From NCBI RefSeq assembly GCF_963921235.1, contig NC_086107.1, positions 46,872,001 through 46,936,000 of the forward strand: a stretch of 64,000 nt of DNA, given 5' to 3'. Position 1 is the first letter of the stretch, and every line of letters begins with the position of its first letter. The translations under genes were made by a program, and so were the position numbers. This DNA is from Mobula hypostoma. Taxonomy: Eukaryota. Below, piece by piece: positions 42,369 through 56,202 of this stretch. The notes beneath the pieces are model-generated. The model was not told where the DNA came from, searched no databases, and was given only the letters and a program-made list of their open reading frames with translations.

Positions 42369-43774
42369 TCAAGATGACAAGCAGATTGAACCAGGTAGAG
42401 GAAGGGGAAGGTGGAGTGGACAGACATGATTGATGGAGGCAGACAGCTAAGAGGGAGGTGTGGAGTGTGAAGGTGGATACAGTTGCTGGAGAATGATAAG
42501 TAGGAACACAAAGGCTACCAGTGCTGGAATCTGATAAGGAAGGAGGATGATCATGGGAACCATGAGGGGAGAGGTAAAAGGCAGAGGGAACCAGGATTGG
42601 AGGTGAGGCAGTGAAGGAATCATGCATTAGGGCCTGATCCAATATTCAAGAAAGGAAAGGAAGTGAATCTGGTGGATGTTGTGGACAGCTACTGTAACAA
42701 TGACATGGTTCCTGAGAATATATAAGAGGAAAGACCTTGCATCCTTCACTCTTTTGAAATCCTGGGCCTGACCTAAAACAGCATAGTTACATTGTTGGGG
42801 TTCCTGTTATGAACCCAAAGGGGAAGGCTGGGGAAAAACCACGAACCTGAAATCTCTGAAAACTGTAATGTTCAAGCCTTAAAACTACTAAAATTCACTT
42901 GGGAAATCTAGATTTTCATTTGTTTGCAGCCAGAAATCAAGTTTGACTCTTTTAGGAGCAGTGCTCATCATTCATAATAATACCAATATAAGCCAGACTA
43001 GTGTCCTGCCAGACATAAGAATGCATGCACTATGATTAAGAGCTAAAGCAACTGACAGAAAATGCTAGAAGAACTCAGAAGGTCAGGCAACATCCATGGA
43101 AATAAACAAACAGTCAAAGTTTTGGGCCAAGACCTTTCTTCAGGACAGATGCATTTGGTGCTGAAGGATGACGAATATTTTGAAAAATTTCTGTTTGGTG
43201 AATTATATGAAGAACTGAGAATAGATGGAGTTGGATGTTGTATCCTCAGGGCAGCAACATGTAAAGCTATATACTTTTGATTATTAAACTTAAAATTAAG
43301 TATTGCATCATGTTTGTATTATTTGAAATCTTTGCTACATATTTGTATGTTTTTGATGTTTTAACTTAGTTCACATCAAGCAATCATATGGGACGATGTC
43401 CAGCCCACAACCTATTGGTTGCAATATTTCTCTGATGCAGTGCATTAACTCTCTTGGCAGTATTTAGAAGAGAGTACAGAACAAAATCAAAAATCTGTCT
43501 TGTCTTCTACAGTGTCTGTAAAACCAGAGCCTTCCCTTTGTGTGCAACACAACCCATGTAAGTACTGAGAAGAAGAATGGTGCTAATTGAAAGTACTCCA
43601 GATTCTCAGTGGCTGAATCTGAGCTTTACAGATCTATGACTAATTGTTAAATCTGTCATTGAGAGAACTTATTATAAATACTAATATTTCTTTTTTGATG
43701 AACTGTGAATGTTTACCCCTTTTGGATTCTACATGAGTCTTTAATCAGATGGTAGGACTATAACAGGACTAGAA

Positions 43775-46700
43775 CAGGGGTGGCCAACTGTTTACATTCG
43801 ATGCATCAATTTTTCCACACGACTACAGATGCGCCATACAACTCTTGTACCCCTATTCAATTCTTGTAAAAATGTTAATATAGACATATTTAGCATTTTT
43901 ATATGACATATTGATTGAATATAAAGACAAGATAAACATTACTTAATGAGATTTTTGAGTTTGTTTTGATTTTGCCAAGCTTTTAATGTTTGGAGTTAAA
44001 TTAGTTACTGAGAGCAACAGAGAATTCTTCAAGTTTGAATCAGTCAATCTCAACCTCGTTTTGTTTTTAATCAATTTCATGGCTGAAAATGCTTGTTCAC
44101 ATCTGTACATCGTTCTGAAACAACAGATATAACTCTGGGCAAATTTTGTTCTGGAAAATGTTCACAGGGTAATGATCGCCTGAAATTAATCATGTCAGAA
44201 GCATTTGGGACTGAGGGAAGCTCATCAAATTTCATGTTCAATAATTAATTTGTTTTCAAGAAAATAAGTTCCATTTGTATGTTACTAGGCATCTTCATGA
44301 TTTTTTGTTCACTAAGTGAAAATGGGTTTATAAATGCAAGTATGCAGTCTTTAGCAAAATCACGAAAATGACTTGCAATAAACTGATTTTTTTCAATATA
44401 TTTTGTAAAATTGCCATTATCTTCAGCACATTCACTCTGCTCTCTTTTAAGTGCGGAAACTAGCTCAAATCCTCATTTTCTAACCGAGAGGTGAACAGTT
44501 TTAAGTTTATCTTGAATGCATTGATATCATTTACTAAGCTAGGAAACAATTTGTTCTTGCCCTGGAGTTTCAAATTTAGATCACTGAGATGGCTGGCAAC
44601 ATCAACTAAAAATGCTAAATCAAATAGCCAATTGTTAACACATAAAAGGGCTCTTTCCTCAGGCAGCTCATTTTTCTCGTCTAGAAAATTATGAACAGTA
44701 TTTTTCAGTTTCCAAAATCTACTCAGAGCCTGTCCTCTAGAAAGCCAGAGCACCTCACAACAAAGGACGAGATCGCCATATTCCAAACCTAACATTTCAC
44801 AATATTCTCTGAATTCTCGTCTGTTTAATCCTTTTGCTCTAATTTTATTCATGCATTTCACAACCAGTAACATAACATGCTGCAAATTTAAAGTTTTTTC
44901 CGCACAGTGGCTCTTAGTGTGTAATGCAGTGATATTTTAGTAGCAGATGACCTAAAAAGTTGTCAAGCAAAGTTGTCCCAGCGGCTTTACCTATCATTGA
45001 CGGCGCTCCGTCATGACAAACACCGTTGAGTTTACTAGAATCAAGTTCTAGATTTTCTAGGCATGATTTTACTTTGTCAAAAATGTCTGATTCTCTTGTT
45101 TTTCCATGAAGCGAATCAAGACCGATAAATTCTTCAAAGACGATAAAATTATCATCAATTCCTCTTATAAAAATGCTTAATTATGCTACATCACATAGTT
45201 CAGCAGATTCGTCCAAAGCTAAAGGAAAGGAAGTACAAGCATGGACAAGGTCTTTCAGTTGCTCAGATACATCATGACAGAGTTCTTCGGTGCGTCTCGT
45301 AACTGTTTGCTTTGACAGAGCAATTTCGTCTACCTTCCTTTTGATATTTTTATCACCAAGACATCTTGCAAATATTTGGAGACAAGGCTTAACAATTTTT
45401 TCTCCATCAGAGAAAGACTTTCATTTTTTGGTCAACGCTAAAGCAATTTCGTAGGACGCTTCTGTCATCGCTAAACTTTCACAACAACTTCTAACAAATA
45501 TATTTTGTCTTCTTTTGATTTCTTCCTTTTTCTTAATCACATATTCTTTCCGTAACTCAGACCCAAGCACTAGCTTCAGTTTTCCTTCTATCTCAGACTG
45601 ATGTTGTGTTTTATAGTGTCTATTAAGATCATGTCTTCTATTATGTGAAAAAGTGTTTTCACAAACAATACTCAACGGTTTTCCTGACAGACCCGCTATT
45701 AATAAGAACTTATTTTCCCCTGTTCATTGAATTCACGCTTACAATCACTTTTTGCTATTCTTTTGCACTGTGATGGGTAACTGAATGTAAAAAGAAGGCT
45801 TAATTTTCGAAGAAGTGCAAAACTGCAAATGTTCACAAAGGACGAACAAAGCACAACTCCGTAGCGAAAGAATGTCAATTGTAAACTAACTGGCAAAAAC
45901 CTGTGATGCACCGCTGGTGCAGACGACTAGTGCTTCAGAATCAAACATAGAAACATAGAAAATAGGTGCAGGAGTAGGCCATTCGGCCCTTCGAGCCTGC
46001 ACCGCCATTTATTATGATCATGGCTGATCATCCAACTCAGATCCCCGCCCCAGCCTTCCCTCCATACCCCCTGACCCCCGTAGCCACAAGGGCCATATCT
46101 AACTCCCTCTTAAATACAGCCAATGAACTGGCCTCAACTGTTTCCTGTGGCAGAGAATTCCACAGATCCACCACTCTCTGTGTGAAGAAGTTTTTCCTAA
46201 TCTCGGTCCTAAAAGGCTTCCCCTCTATCCTTAAACTGTGGCCCCTCGTTCTGGACTTCCCCAACATCGGGAACAATCTTCCTGCATCTAGCCTGTCCAA
46301 TCCCTTTAGGATTTTATACGTTTCAATCAGATTCTCCCTCAATCTTCTAAATTCCAACGAGTACAAGCCCAGTTCATCCAGTCTTTCTTCATATGAAAGT
46401 CCTGCCATCCCAGGAATCAATCTGGTGAACCTTCTTTGTACTCCCTCTATGGCAAGGATGTCTTTCCTCAGATTAGGGGACCAAAACTGCACACAATACT
46501 CCAGGTGTGGTCTCACCAAGGCCTTGTACAACTGCAGTAGTACCTCCCTGCTCCTGTACTCGAATCCTCTCACTATAAATGCCAGCATACCATTCGCCTT
46601 TTTCACCGCCTGCTGTACCTGCATGCCCACTTTCAATGACTGGTGTATAATGACACCCAGGTCTTGTTGCACCTTCCCTTTTCCTAATCGGCCACCATTC

Positions 46701-49062
46701 AGATAATAATCTGTTTTCCTATTTTTGCCACCAAAGTGGATAACTTCACATTTATCCACATTAAATTGCATCTGCCATGAATTTGCCCACTCACCCAACC
46801 TATCCAAGTCACCCTGCATCCTCTTAGCATCCTCCTCACAGCTAACACTGCCATCCAGCTTCGTGTCATCTGCAAACTTGGAGATGCTGCATTTAATTCC
46901 CTCATCCAAGTCATTAATATATATTGTAAACAACTGGGGTCCCAGCACTGAGCCTTGCGGTACCCCACTAGTCACCGCCTGCCATTCTGAAAAGGTCCCG
47001 TTTATTCCCACTCTTTGCTTCCTGTCTGCTAACCAATTTTCCACCCACATCAATACCTTACCCCCAATACCGTGTGCTTTAAGTTTGCACACTAATCTCT
47101 TGTGTGGGACCTTGTCAAAAGCCTCTTGAAAATCCAAATATACCACATCCACCGGTTCTCCCCTATCCACTCTACTAGTTACATCCTCAAAAAATTCTAT
47201 GAGATTCGTCAGACATGATTTTCCTTTCACAAATCCATGCTGACTTTGTCCGATCATTTCACCGCTTTCCAAATGCGCTGTTATTACATCCTTGATAACT
47301 GACTCCAGTAGTTTCCCCACCATCGACGTTAGGCTAACCGGTCTATAATTCCCCGGTTTCTCTCTCCCTCCTTTTTTAAAAAGTGGGGTTACATTAGCCA
47401 CCCTCCAATCCTCAGGAACTAGTCCAGAATCTAACGAGTTTTGAAAAATTATCACTACTGCATCCACTATTTCTTGGGCTACTTCCTTAAGCACTCTGGG
47501 ATGCAGACCATCTGGCCCTGGGGATTTATCTGCCTTCAATCCCTTCAATTTACCTAACACCACTTCCCTACTAACATGTATTTCGCTCAATTCCTCCATC
47601 TCACTGGACCCTCTGTCCCCTACTATTTCTGGAAGATTATTTATGTCCTCCTTAGTGAAGACAGAACCAAAGTAATTATTCAATTGGTCTGCCATGTCCT
47701 TGCGCCCCATAATCAATTCACCTGTTTCTGTCTGCAGGGGACCTACATTTGTCTTTACCAGTCTTTTCCTTTTTACATATCTATAAAAGCTTTTACAGTC
47801 CATTTTTATGTTCCCTGCCAGTTTTCTCTCATAATCTTATTTCCCCTTCCTAATTAAGCCCTTTGTCCTCCTCTGCTGAACTCTGAATTTCTCCCAGTCC
47901 TCAGGTGGGCCACTTTCTCTGGCTAATTTGTATGCTTCTTCTTTGGAATTGATACTATCCCTAATTTCTCTTGTCAGCCACGGGTGCACTACCTTCCTTG
48001 ATTTATTCTTTTGCCAAACTGGGATGAACAATTGTTGTAGTTCATCCATGCAACCTTTAAATGCTTGCCATTGCATATCCACCGTCAATCCTTTAAGTGT
48101 CATTTGCCAGTCTATCTTAGCTAATTCATGTCTCATACCTTCAAATTTACCCTTCTTTAAGTTCAGAACCTTTGTTTCTGAATTAACTATGTCACTCCCC
48201 ATCTTAATGAAGAATTCCACCATATTATGGTCACTCTTACCCAATGGGCCTCTCACGACAAGATTGCTAATTAACCCTTCCTCATTGCTCAAAACCCAGT
48301 CCAGAATAGCCTGCTCTCTAGTTGGTTCCTCGACATGTTGGTTCAAAAAACCATCCCGCATACATTCCAAGAAATCCTCTTCCTCAGCACCTTTACCAAT
48401 TTGGTTCACCCAATCTACATGTAGATTGAAGTCACCCATTATAACTGCTGTTCCTTTATTGCACACATTTCTAATTTCCTGTTTAATACCATCTCCGACC
48501 TCGCTACTACTGTTAAGTGGCCTGTACACAACTCCCACCAGCATCTTCTGCCCCTTAGTGTTACGCAGCTCTACCCATATCGATTCCACATCTTCCCGGC
48601 TTATGTCCTTCCCTTCTATTGCGTTAATTTCTTCTTTAACCAGCAATGCCACCCCACCTCCCCTTCCTTCATGTCTATCCCTCCTGAATATTGAATATCC
48701 CTGAACATTGAGCTCCCAAACAAGTATCAAACGTGTATGGAACAGTTATAGAACGACTGCAGAACAAAAGTCCTTTTTTCCTACTTTGACTCATTGAACA
48801 TTTTTAATTGAAAATAAATTAATGTGAAGGAAGATAACATTAGCCAAAAGATGTGCATGAAATAATAAAATTACTAAAAATAATTGCTAAGTGTTAGATT
48901 TATTCTCAGTAAAACCCATTTCTAGCTCTAAGCTACTTGAATTCCTGTTAGATTTTTTTTCTACAAATTGGTTTTTGGTTAATACTTTTCGCACGAGTAG
49001 GCTTATTTTTTTATTATTAGCACTGGGGTGTAATGCGCCATAGGTTGGCCATACAGTATCTG
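43775..49062 (-). mobile_element. hAT (SPIN/Charlie/Buster-like) DNA transposon, degenerate transposase, interrupted by CR1
   Basis: Left TIR CAGGGGTGGCCAAC; damaged right TIR GTTGGCCA...CTG; 8-bp flanks GACTAGAA and GTCTAGGC (TCTAGA-like target). ORFs: HDLNRHYKTQH...ASYEIAL and EVLWLSRGQALSRF...LAFLVDVASHLSDLNLKLQG. Confidence 0.85.
45942..48722 (-). mobile_element. young 5'-truncated CR1 LINE ORF2 (APE-RT), single in-frame stop
   Basis: ORFs 47837-48730 and 46037-47803 are in the same frame, separated by one TAA (KGK*DYERK). Motifs GDFN, SDH, VPQGSVLGP and KFADDTKL; (CTATGTTT)n tail; CAAACA duplicated at both ends. Confidence 0.95.
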
Positions 49063-50949
49063 GTCTAGGCCGTACCCGTGGCTCCCTAGGCAATGGGCTG
49101 GCTGCTGCTATTGGGAAGAGTGTCTACTTCTGTTAAAACTGTAGTCCTGCCACTCAATGTTTCTCACTCAGGCCACCTACACTCACGAACTAGTCTTGGT
49201 CTTCGGATTTCTGCGTGGAATAAGATTTTAGCAGAATTTCTCCCTTGGTAGTTTACAGTAAATAATGCCCATATAATAGACAATATAAGTTCAGAACTAG
49301 AATAGCTAGCCAATGAGAAGACCCACAAATCCAGCTTACCCCGGGCACCCCGTATGTTCCCTTTGCCATTCATATACTATAGAGGTGGTGAACAGTAATG
49401 TTGGTCCAATTTTTACCTGTCCTGTACTCTGCTGGTCACATTGTCGGGTTGATCGGGCCATTACATTAGGGGTGCGAAGGAGGTATCACTCAAGGACAAT
49501 CCTAACCCTGGTCCTGAACACAAATGGACCAGAGCCGGGGCTACGCGTGTTTTTACATATACCTCTCTTGGCAAAGTGCTAGTGTTGGACCTACTATCTG
49601 AGGCTAGAGCTTGGAGACAATAGGGGGAGCGCAGTGCTGTAAAGTTAGTGGTGGTACTACCCCATAACAAGACTATTCAAGACCAGATACTTTACAGAGT
49701 TGTGAGAATTTCGAGCAGACTCGCTCCCTGAAAAGGTATAGGCCCATAATCCTACCAATATACACAGCGAGGATTCTCTTCCAACCAGCAGGGGTTTTAG
49801 ATATGCAGGACTCTGTGCAGAATGGGGAACTGCCATACAAACGTAACAGTTTGTTAAATTTGCGCGGTTGGCCGTATAATTAGCAAACTGCCACTATGTA
49901 TTGTATAAGTGTGGGTGACCCTGTCCTTCCTTCACATGCTCAAAACTTCTTCTCCACTTGCCTAATTTTTTGTATTTGCCCTCAGGCACTGTTGGGCACT
50001 TAATCAATCCTACCCCCAATATGATTATTACCACTGTTTCCTTCATGTTAGTCCTCTATTGAGTATATATTTCGTTAATAATCAGTCACTATGTATATAA
50101 CATGAGCTACAGGTTAGAATAGATTTCTTTTCCAGTCTCTCAATAACACTTAGTTCCCAGTTCTCAGCGCCATTCCTTTCTCTCGGGGATGATGTCACTT
50201 GTTCAGCGTTAATTCGTCCTCGTTGTGGTGCAACTTGCACCTGCTGGCACGTATTCAGTCAGGTTTCCCCTTCACCTTAACGGCTGTACGGGCTGTCGTC
50301 AGGAGCACTTGGTAGGGGCCTGGGAGAGAAAGAATCTTTATTCATTGATCTCACATATATTTTATCACCCGGCTTAAATGGATGCACGTTACCTTCAGTT
50401 AAAGGTGCCTGGACTTGCCGCACCCTCTCATACAATTTCCCCGCCTCCTGACACAATGCTTGTGCGTATTTCAGTGTCTTCTCATCATTCCATATTAACG
50501 CTGCCTTTTCTGGGGTCATGGGAGGCTTAGTTCCTGTTGTCATAGACCGCCCCATCAAAATTTCATGAGGGTTAAGTCCTGTATTTCTATTCTTCTGATT
50601 TTGCAGAGTGTACATTACTGAGGGCAGTGCCTCTGGCCATCCGAGACCGTTTTGCTGACAAACTTTTGTCAAAGTTGCTTTTATTCCCCCGTTTGCTCTT
50701 TTCACCATACCCGAGGACTGAGGCTGGTAACGGATACACAATTTCATATGGAACCCCAAGGCTTCCTTCAGTCCCTGTACTAATTTATTTGTAAAATGGG
50801 TTCCCCTGTCACTATTCATCCCTTGGGGAATTCCAAACCTAGGTATAATTTCTTTCATCAATATGTTCACCACAGTTCTTGCATCATCTCTCCTAGTTGG
50901 ATAGGACTCCGCCCATCTGGAAAACACGTTTACTATTGCTAATATATAC

Positions 50950-52319
50950 TGTCACATACCCCATGACGGGTTAAAGAACTAGCAGAAATGGAAAACACTT
51001 TGGAGACCAGTATTGCTATTAACTAATGGTATTTATTAGTAACTACGGAATACAGTAATATGAATGCAAATAAATCAAACAGGTCAGCAATGATTATATA
51101 TAAGTAAGTGTGGAAATATATGAAAACTAAGCTTCTTCAAGTCTATGGTAAATAGGTAGTCTTACGATGATGAGTAAAGTTCAGTTCAGTTCGTGGTATT
51201 GAGTAGTGATGGAGGAAGAGGGAGAGGGGGAGAGGTCTGAGTCTTCAGATGAGCTGACGCCGTCAATCTTCCCGATGTCCTCCAAAATCCTCTAGAAGTC
51301 ACCAACTGTGACTACCACAAAGGGGACCGTTCTTCTGTGGTGGAATTATCAACCCAGGAGAAGTTTGGACACACGAATAACTCCCCACCGGTCACACCCT
51401 TTTCACACTGCGAGAGCCACTGATTAATCCTCCAAAACCCACCTTTTCTGGGGGCACAACAAAGCTCATTCAGTGTCCAAAACCATGTGTCTATAGGTCT
51501 AACAACTGACCTTCTATTTATCTCACCATGTTAGATAGATAGATAGATAGATAGACATACTTTATTGATCCCGAGAGAAATTATGTTTCATTACAGTTGC
51601 ACCAACCAAGAACAGAGTACAAACATAGCAATACAAAAACCACAAATAATCAAATAATAATATGTAAACCATGCCAGACAGAAATATGTCCAGGACCAGC
51701 CCAGTGGCCCAGGGTGAGAGGAGCTGCAACGTTTGATGGCTACAGGCAGGAATGACTTCCCATGTTGCTCAGTGCTGCATCCTGATGGAATGAGTCTCTG
51801 GCTGAATGTACTCCTGTGCCCAATGGTATAAATGATGTTACATGCCGACATCGGGTTAGCAGAGGGAGGGATGTACACAACAACCACAATTGCATGTGAG
51901 ATTTCCCTTGGCAAATAATATGGCCGGAGTGCAACAGCAAAAAGTTCAATATCCGGGCTACAAACACGTTCCTTGATCGTAATATGATGAGGATTGCACC
52001 ATCTGTTATTAACCAGCACAGCAAGCCCCCCTCCTTTATGCTTACCGCTCTCAGTGCACTTCCGGTCAGCCCGAACGGTCTGGAAGCCCTTTATGGAAAC
52101 GTTTTGGTCGAGTATGTTGAACACCAACTGTCCATCAAGCAGCTCCTCCCTTCTCTCTCTGTAAGAACTTGGAAGCTGCTAGTGCCCTTGCAAAATTGTA
52201 AACAAACTGTGAACAGTCTTTGCCTCTCTCTCTCTTTTTAACAAGGTATCTGTGTTCCAGAATACTCTCTCTCTCTTTCAAAAGCACAGTTCATAGGGGT
52301 AATTCAGGACCCCGTCACA
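50950..52319 (-). mobile_element. solo LTR inserted in the ERV integrase
   Basis: TG...CA ends with 4-bp TSD ATAC. Removing it restores the integrase reading EGFKYILAIVNVFSRWAE. Confidence 0.9.
51532..52140 (-). mobile_element. internally deleted Rex1/Babar-like LINE inside the solo LTR
   Basis: APE motifs GGGLAVLVNNRWC...LRPYYLPREI...VYIPP fused to a 3' end with AATAAA and (TATC)n. Confidence 0.8.
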
Positions 52320-53534
52320 ATACTTAAAACCCTCTTTCAGCAGGCATATGTACAAAGTCAATTGCAGGTTTTCAAAAGGCATTTCCGGTTGTGGCAGGTG
52401 ATCAAATCTAGCGGGCGCCTTTCCTCTATTGTTTTGCTGGCAAACTAAACAAGTTCGTGCTATCTTCTCGATAGTTACTGTTATTCCTGGGGCATACCGT
52501 TGTTGAGTGATGGCGTGCTGCATCCTCCTCTGCCCATGTGAGCCTGGCCATATGCCAGGTGAGCCGGGGCAAAAATAAACTATGCGGGCACACTTCTCGG
52601 GCGTCTCGGTGACGCCATAGCCCGGTATTCTGGTAACATGCAGATTTGCTCCACGCACATTTCTCTTGCTGTGAGGCAAGATTTTGGGCTTCCTGCAGCT
52701 GCTGAACATCAATACACACAGGGAGCTTCTTCCCTCCTGATTCAATTCGAGGGGTCTGTAGCACAGGTTGTCGCTGAAGACCCACCTGTTTTGCTACCAA
52801 TGTCTGCAAACCGAATTCCATTGGAGACCTCATACTCGGTTGAGGTGTGTGCGTCGCACTTAATCTATACTGCATAATACTAAAACTCTCATGCTCTGTC
52901 TGTGACCTCCAGTTAGCGCAAACAGTGCATTACAGCGGCATTTCTTTTGGCTAAATCGAATTAAAATGTGCTAACTTACAAAATGCAGGCAAAGTTCAGG
53001 GACATATATTCACATAAAATCGCTCATTCCCCAAAAATCAACAGGCTAGCTTTCACGCGACACCCAATCAGCCATCACCGAAATCAGGACGCGACAGCCT
53101 GACGCATGCGCACGGCCAGCCTCAGCAGCAACACCTACCGGAGCAAAAGGGCAGGGCAGCTCTATTTCAAGGGGTCACATTCTGCTAATCACCATCAGCA
53201 TGTGCTGGATTGGGACAGATCTAATTGCCACCCATCAATATGAGATAATTAAATCTTATTGTAATGACGTACTTCGAGTCACTCATAAAATCCTTTGCTG
53301 CAGTCAAAGGACAGTGGTGACTATATCACATCCATTTAGGAGAGCGCCAACCAAATCATCAAGAATAATCAGCATCCTTTGGTATTACTGCTTCGTATCT
53401 TCTATCCAGCATTAGGGTAAAATAATGGTCAACCTAATTATGCCACGTGAAAAGGGAAGGGTGACATTATGGTCAAGAGATGACCCCAAACGTTGTCGGG
53501 AAGAGAAAACAAGAATCGGATGAGGCCAGGGATG

Positions 53535-55128
53535 CATGACTCCAGGATCAAAGAGTCAGGACAAAAAAAGATGAGAGAAGAAGAGACAGAGGAGGAGAGA
53601 CATGCACGTCTCCAGGATCAGAGAGAATACTGAAAGCGGCCAGTGAGTGAGTGGGCCAGTGAAGGAGTAGTGATTTGAGGCTTTGACTCGAGAGGATTTG
53701 ACGAAAAGAGGCGGCGGACGAGCTTGCTCCCAATTAGTCTTTACAATGCCTCCTGAGACGGTGATGTGCCTCTCATGTGAGATGTGGCAGTCTTGGGGGA
53801 ACTCCCCTCTCCCACAGAGACATATCTGCCAGAAGTGCATGCGGCTGGGCGATCTGGAAGACCGTGTAAGGAATATGGAGCAGCAGCTGGATGACCTTCA
53901 ACTCATAAGGGAGAATGAGGCAGTCATAGATGAGAGCTACAGGGAGGTAGTCACACCTAGGCTGCCAGAAGCAGGTGGTTGGGTGACAGTCAGAGGGGGG
54001 AAAGTGAAGGTGATGTGACAACAAACCAAGTTATGAGAAGATTGATACTGATGAGAGAGATAAGGGAGACAATGGAGAAGCGTTCAAAATGTTAATGAGA
54101 GAGGAGAGAGAGATAACGGAAGAGAAACACAATTAAGAGTATTGACAGACCGGTTGCTTTGAACCTGAACTGTTTGAAGTTTGATGGACAGGCGATACCC
54201 CAGCAGGAGGATAAAAAGAACAGGTTTGCTAAGGCAAGACACACACCACGAGATCACGAGATAACAAGACCCTGGAACAGCGGTGTGCCCCCACAAGTTG
54301 GTGGAAGTTTGGAGGTCTGGTCGCGGGAACCGACCATAGATGCACAGAGTGAAAAGGTACGATCGGCGGGAACCTGGTGTGTGTGTCCGCCCTTGCCTGG
54401 GTGCCGGCTTCACTGCGGAAGAACGGTCGTATCCGGAACGGAGGGGTCACAGTCGGTGACCACAGAAGACATAAAAGGGTTCACCCGAAATCTAACTGAG
54501 AAGAACATCAAGGTCTGTCTGAATCAGATTTGCATATCATCCTCTCTCTCTCCAACGGCACAACAGCGATTACTGCGAACTGTACTAAGCTGAACTGAAC
54601 TCTGCGTCACTTGAGACTGATCATTTTACCCCTAGACTGCGATAGAGCTTGTTTGATTCCTACTACCCTAGTTCTGTGTACGTGTGTGTTTTATCATTGC
54701 TAACCTGTTGCATTTATATCCTTACGATTAGAGTACTGTGTTACTTATTTCTTTAATAAAACTTTCTTAGTTCCAGTAATCCAGACTCCCAACTAAGTGG
54801 TCCATTTCTGCTGGTTTGGCAACCCATTTACGGGGTACGTAACAGTGAGTACACAGGTAGCGCAGTGCACTCCTGTAGCCATTCCCCTGAATAATAAGTT
54901 TATCGTCCTGGATGACCGACTAGGTGTGAGCCACGGTGGCAGGGCCTCTGGCACTGAGTCTGACCCTGTGGTGAAGAAGGGTGGGACGGAGAAGAAGAGA
55001 GCTGTTGTCATTGGAGACTCTATAGTCAGGGGAGCAGACAGGAGATTTTGTGGACGTGAGAAGGACACCCGCATGGTTTGTTGCCTCCCAGGTGCCAGGG
55101 TCTGGGATGTCTCTGACTGGGTGCACGA
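53535..55128 (+). mobile_element. CR1 5' UTR and ORF1 (zinc finger, coiled coil, SGNH esterase), split by an LTR
   Basis: CLSCEMW..CQKC..LEDRVRNMEQQL, then VVIGDSIVRG..VCCLPGARV after the LTR. Confidence 0.85.
54014..54844 (+). mobile_element. solo LTR
   Basis: TGTGAC...GTAACA with 4-bp TSD GTGA. Removal restores the ORF1 reading KVKVSTQVAQ. Its 3' end resembles the 50950-52319 LTR in reverse. Confidence 0.9.
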
Positions 55129-55139
55129 ACTAGGCAAAG

Positions 55140-56040
55140 ACGTTACATGGCTGCAGGACAGGACGTGGCTGGGGTCTTGAGGCTTCGAGACAGGCTGGGG
55201 TCTTGAGGCTGGAGGCTTGGGGTCTTGAAGCTGGGGGCTCGGAGACAGGCTTGGGGTCTTGAGGCTTGAGGTATGGACTCCGAGCCAGAGACTGGGCAAG
55301 GACCCAGAATCTGGGACTTGACTCGGGCTCGGACTCCAGAACTAGGTGAGGACAAGACAAGGCTACAGGACTGGACATGGCTTGGGTGAGGAACTCCTGA
55401 GTAGGGCAAGACACGAGGACAGTTAAAGGCACATGGACAGGACTCGGAGAGGACTGGACTGGACGAGGGCCTTCAGGAGCACGGAGCCTTGGGCTAGAAG
55501 AGACGGGAGCACAGAACACAGAGCCGGGACCCCTCCTTGGGAACAGGACATAGGGCCGGGACTCATACACAGAACGCTGAACATGAAGACAGATCTCAAC
55601 ACAAGGTGGCGGCAAATGGCCGGACCCACCTAGTGAAGGCGAAGACACAGAGACAGTTCCCAACACTAGGTAATGGCAAATGGCCGGACCTACCTAGCGA
55701 AGGCGTGGACACAGAGAGACAATTCCACACAACGAAAGACAGTTCCTTATCTTGACCTAACAAGGCTCCGGTCTTGTTCCGGCGGTAAAACTTTAGGGAT
55801 ACAGGTGGGGTATACAGGCAGGGTATCCAGGCAGAGAGTCAAGCAAGGGGGGAAAGACAAGGAGGGGAGCAGAACAGTCCAGCAGGGAATCCCTGGTTTG
55901 CAGAGGTATTTATGTCTCAGCCCCAAAACGAGAATCATGTGCCTACAACAGAAACTGGGGAAAACCAGAAACCCTGGAATAAGGGACTATGGACTGGACC
56001 GTGAACCGGAATACAGACTTCACGGACCGGACCATGACAG
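55140..56040 (-). mobile_element. LTR-like element with short internal repeats
   Basis: Minus strand begins TGTCATGGTCCGGTCCG; repeated GGGGTCTTGAGGCT units; the left boundary is uncertain. Confidence 0.55.
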
Positions 56041-56202
56041 TTCCATTCAGGCACTACCCCCCTTTCAGCAAGGGCAGCCCCTTAATTTAATCCGGACTCT
56101 ACCCCCACTTCAGCTAGGGCAGTCCCTTATTTAACTCGGCCCTCTAAGTTAGCCTTTCTTCGGATCTTGCTCAATGTAGATCCCATTTTTGTCACCCGAT
56201 TC

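Larger units (their letters stand above)
49071..53530 (-). mobile_element. degenerate ERV internal region (RNase H/connection-integrase-env)
   Basis: Integrase zinc finger (CLVCQQNN) and core (FSRWAE, SDRGTHF, PQSSGMVKRAN). Env-like start at 50046: MKETVVIIILGVGL...ANLTNCYVC. Confidence 0.8.

Noticed and set aside
43513-43557. Possible 45-nt phase 1-1 exon (ctacag|...|gtaagt)
   Set aside because: Good splice signals, but it lies after the stop, has no recognisable peptide and a weak exonic donor; it can only be tested with RNA data.
46014-48704. + strand ORFs of 230, 134 and 258 aa
   Set aside because: Antisense shadows of the intact CR1 ORF2.
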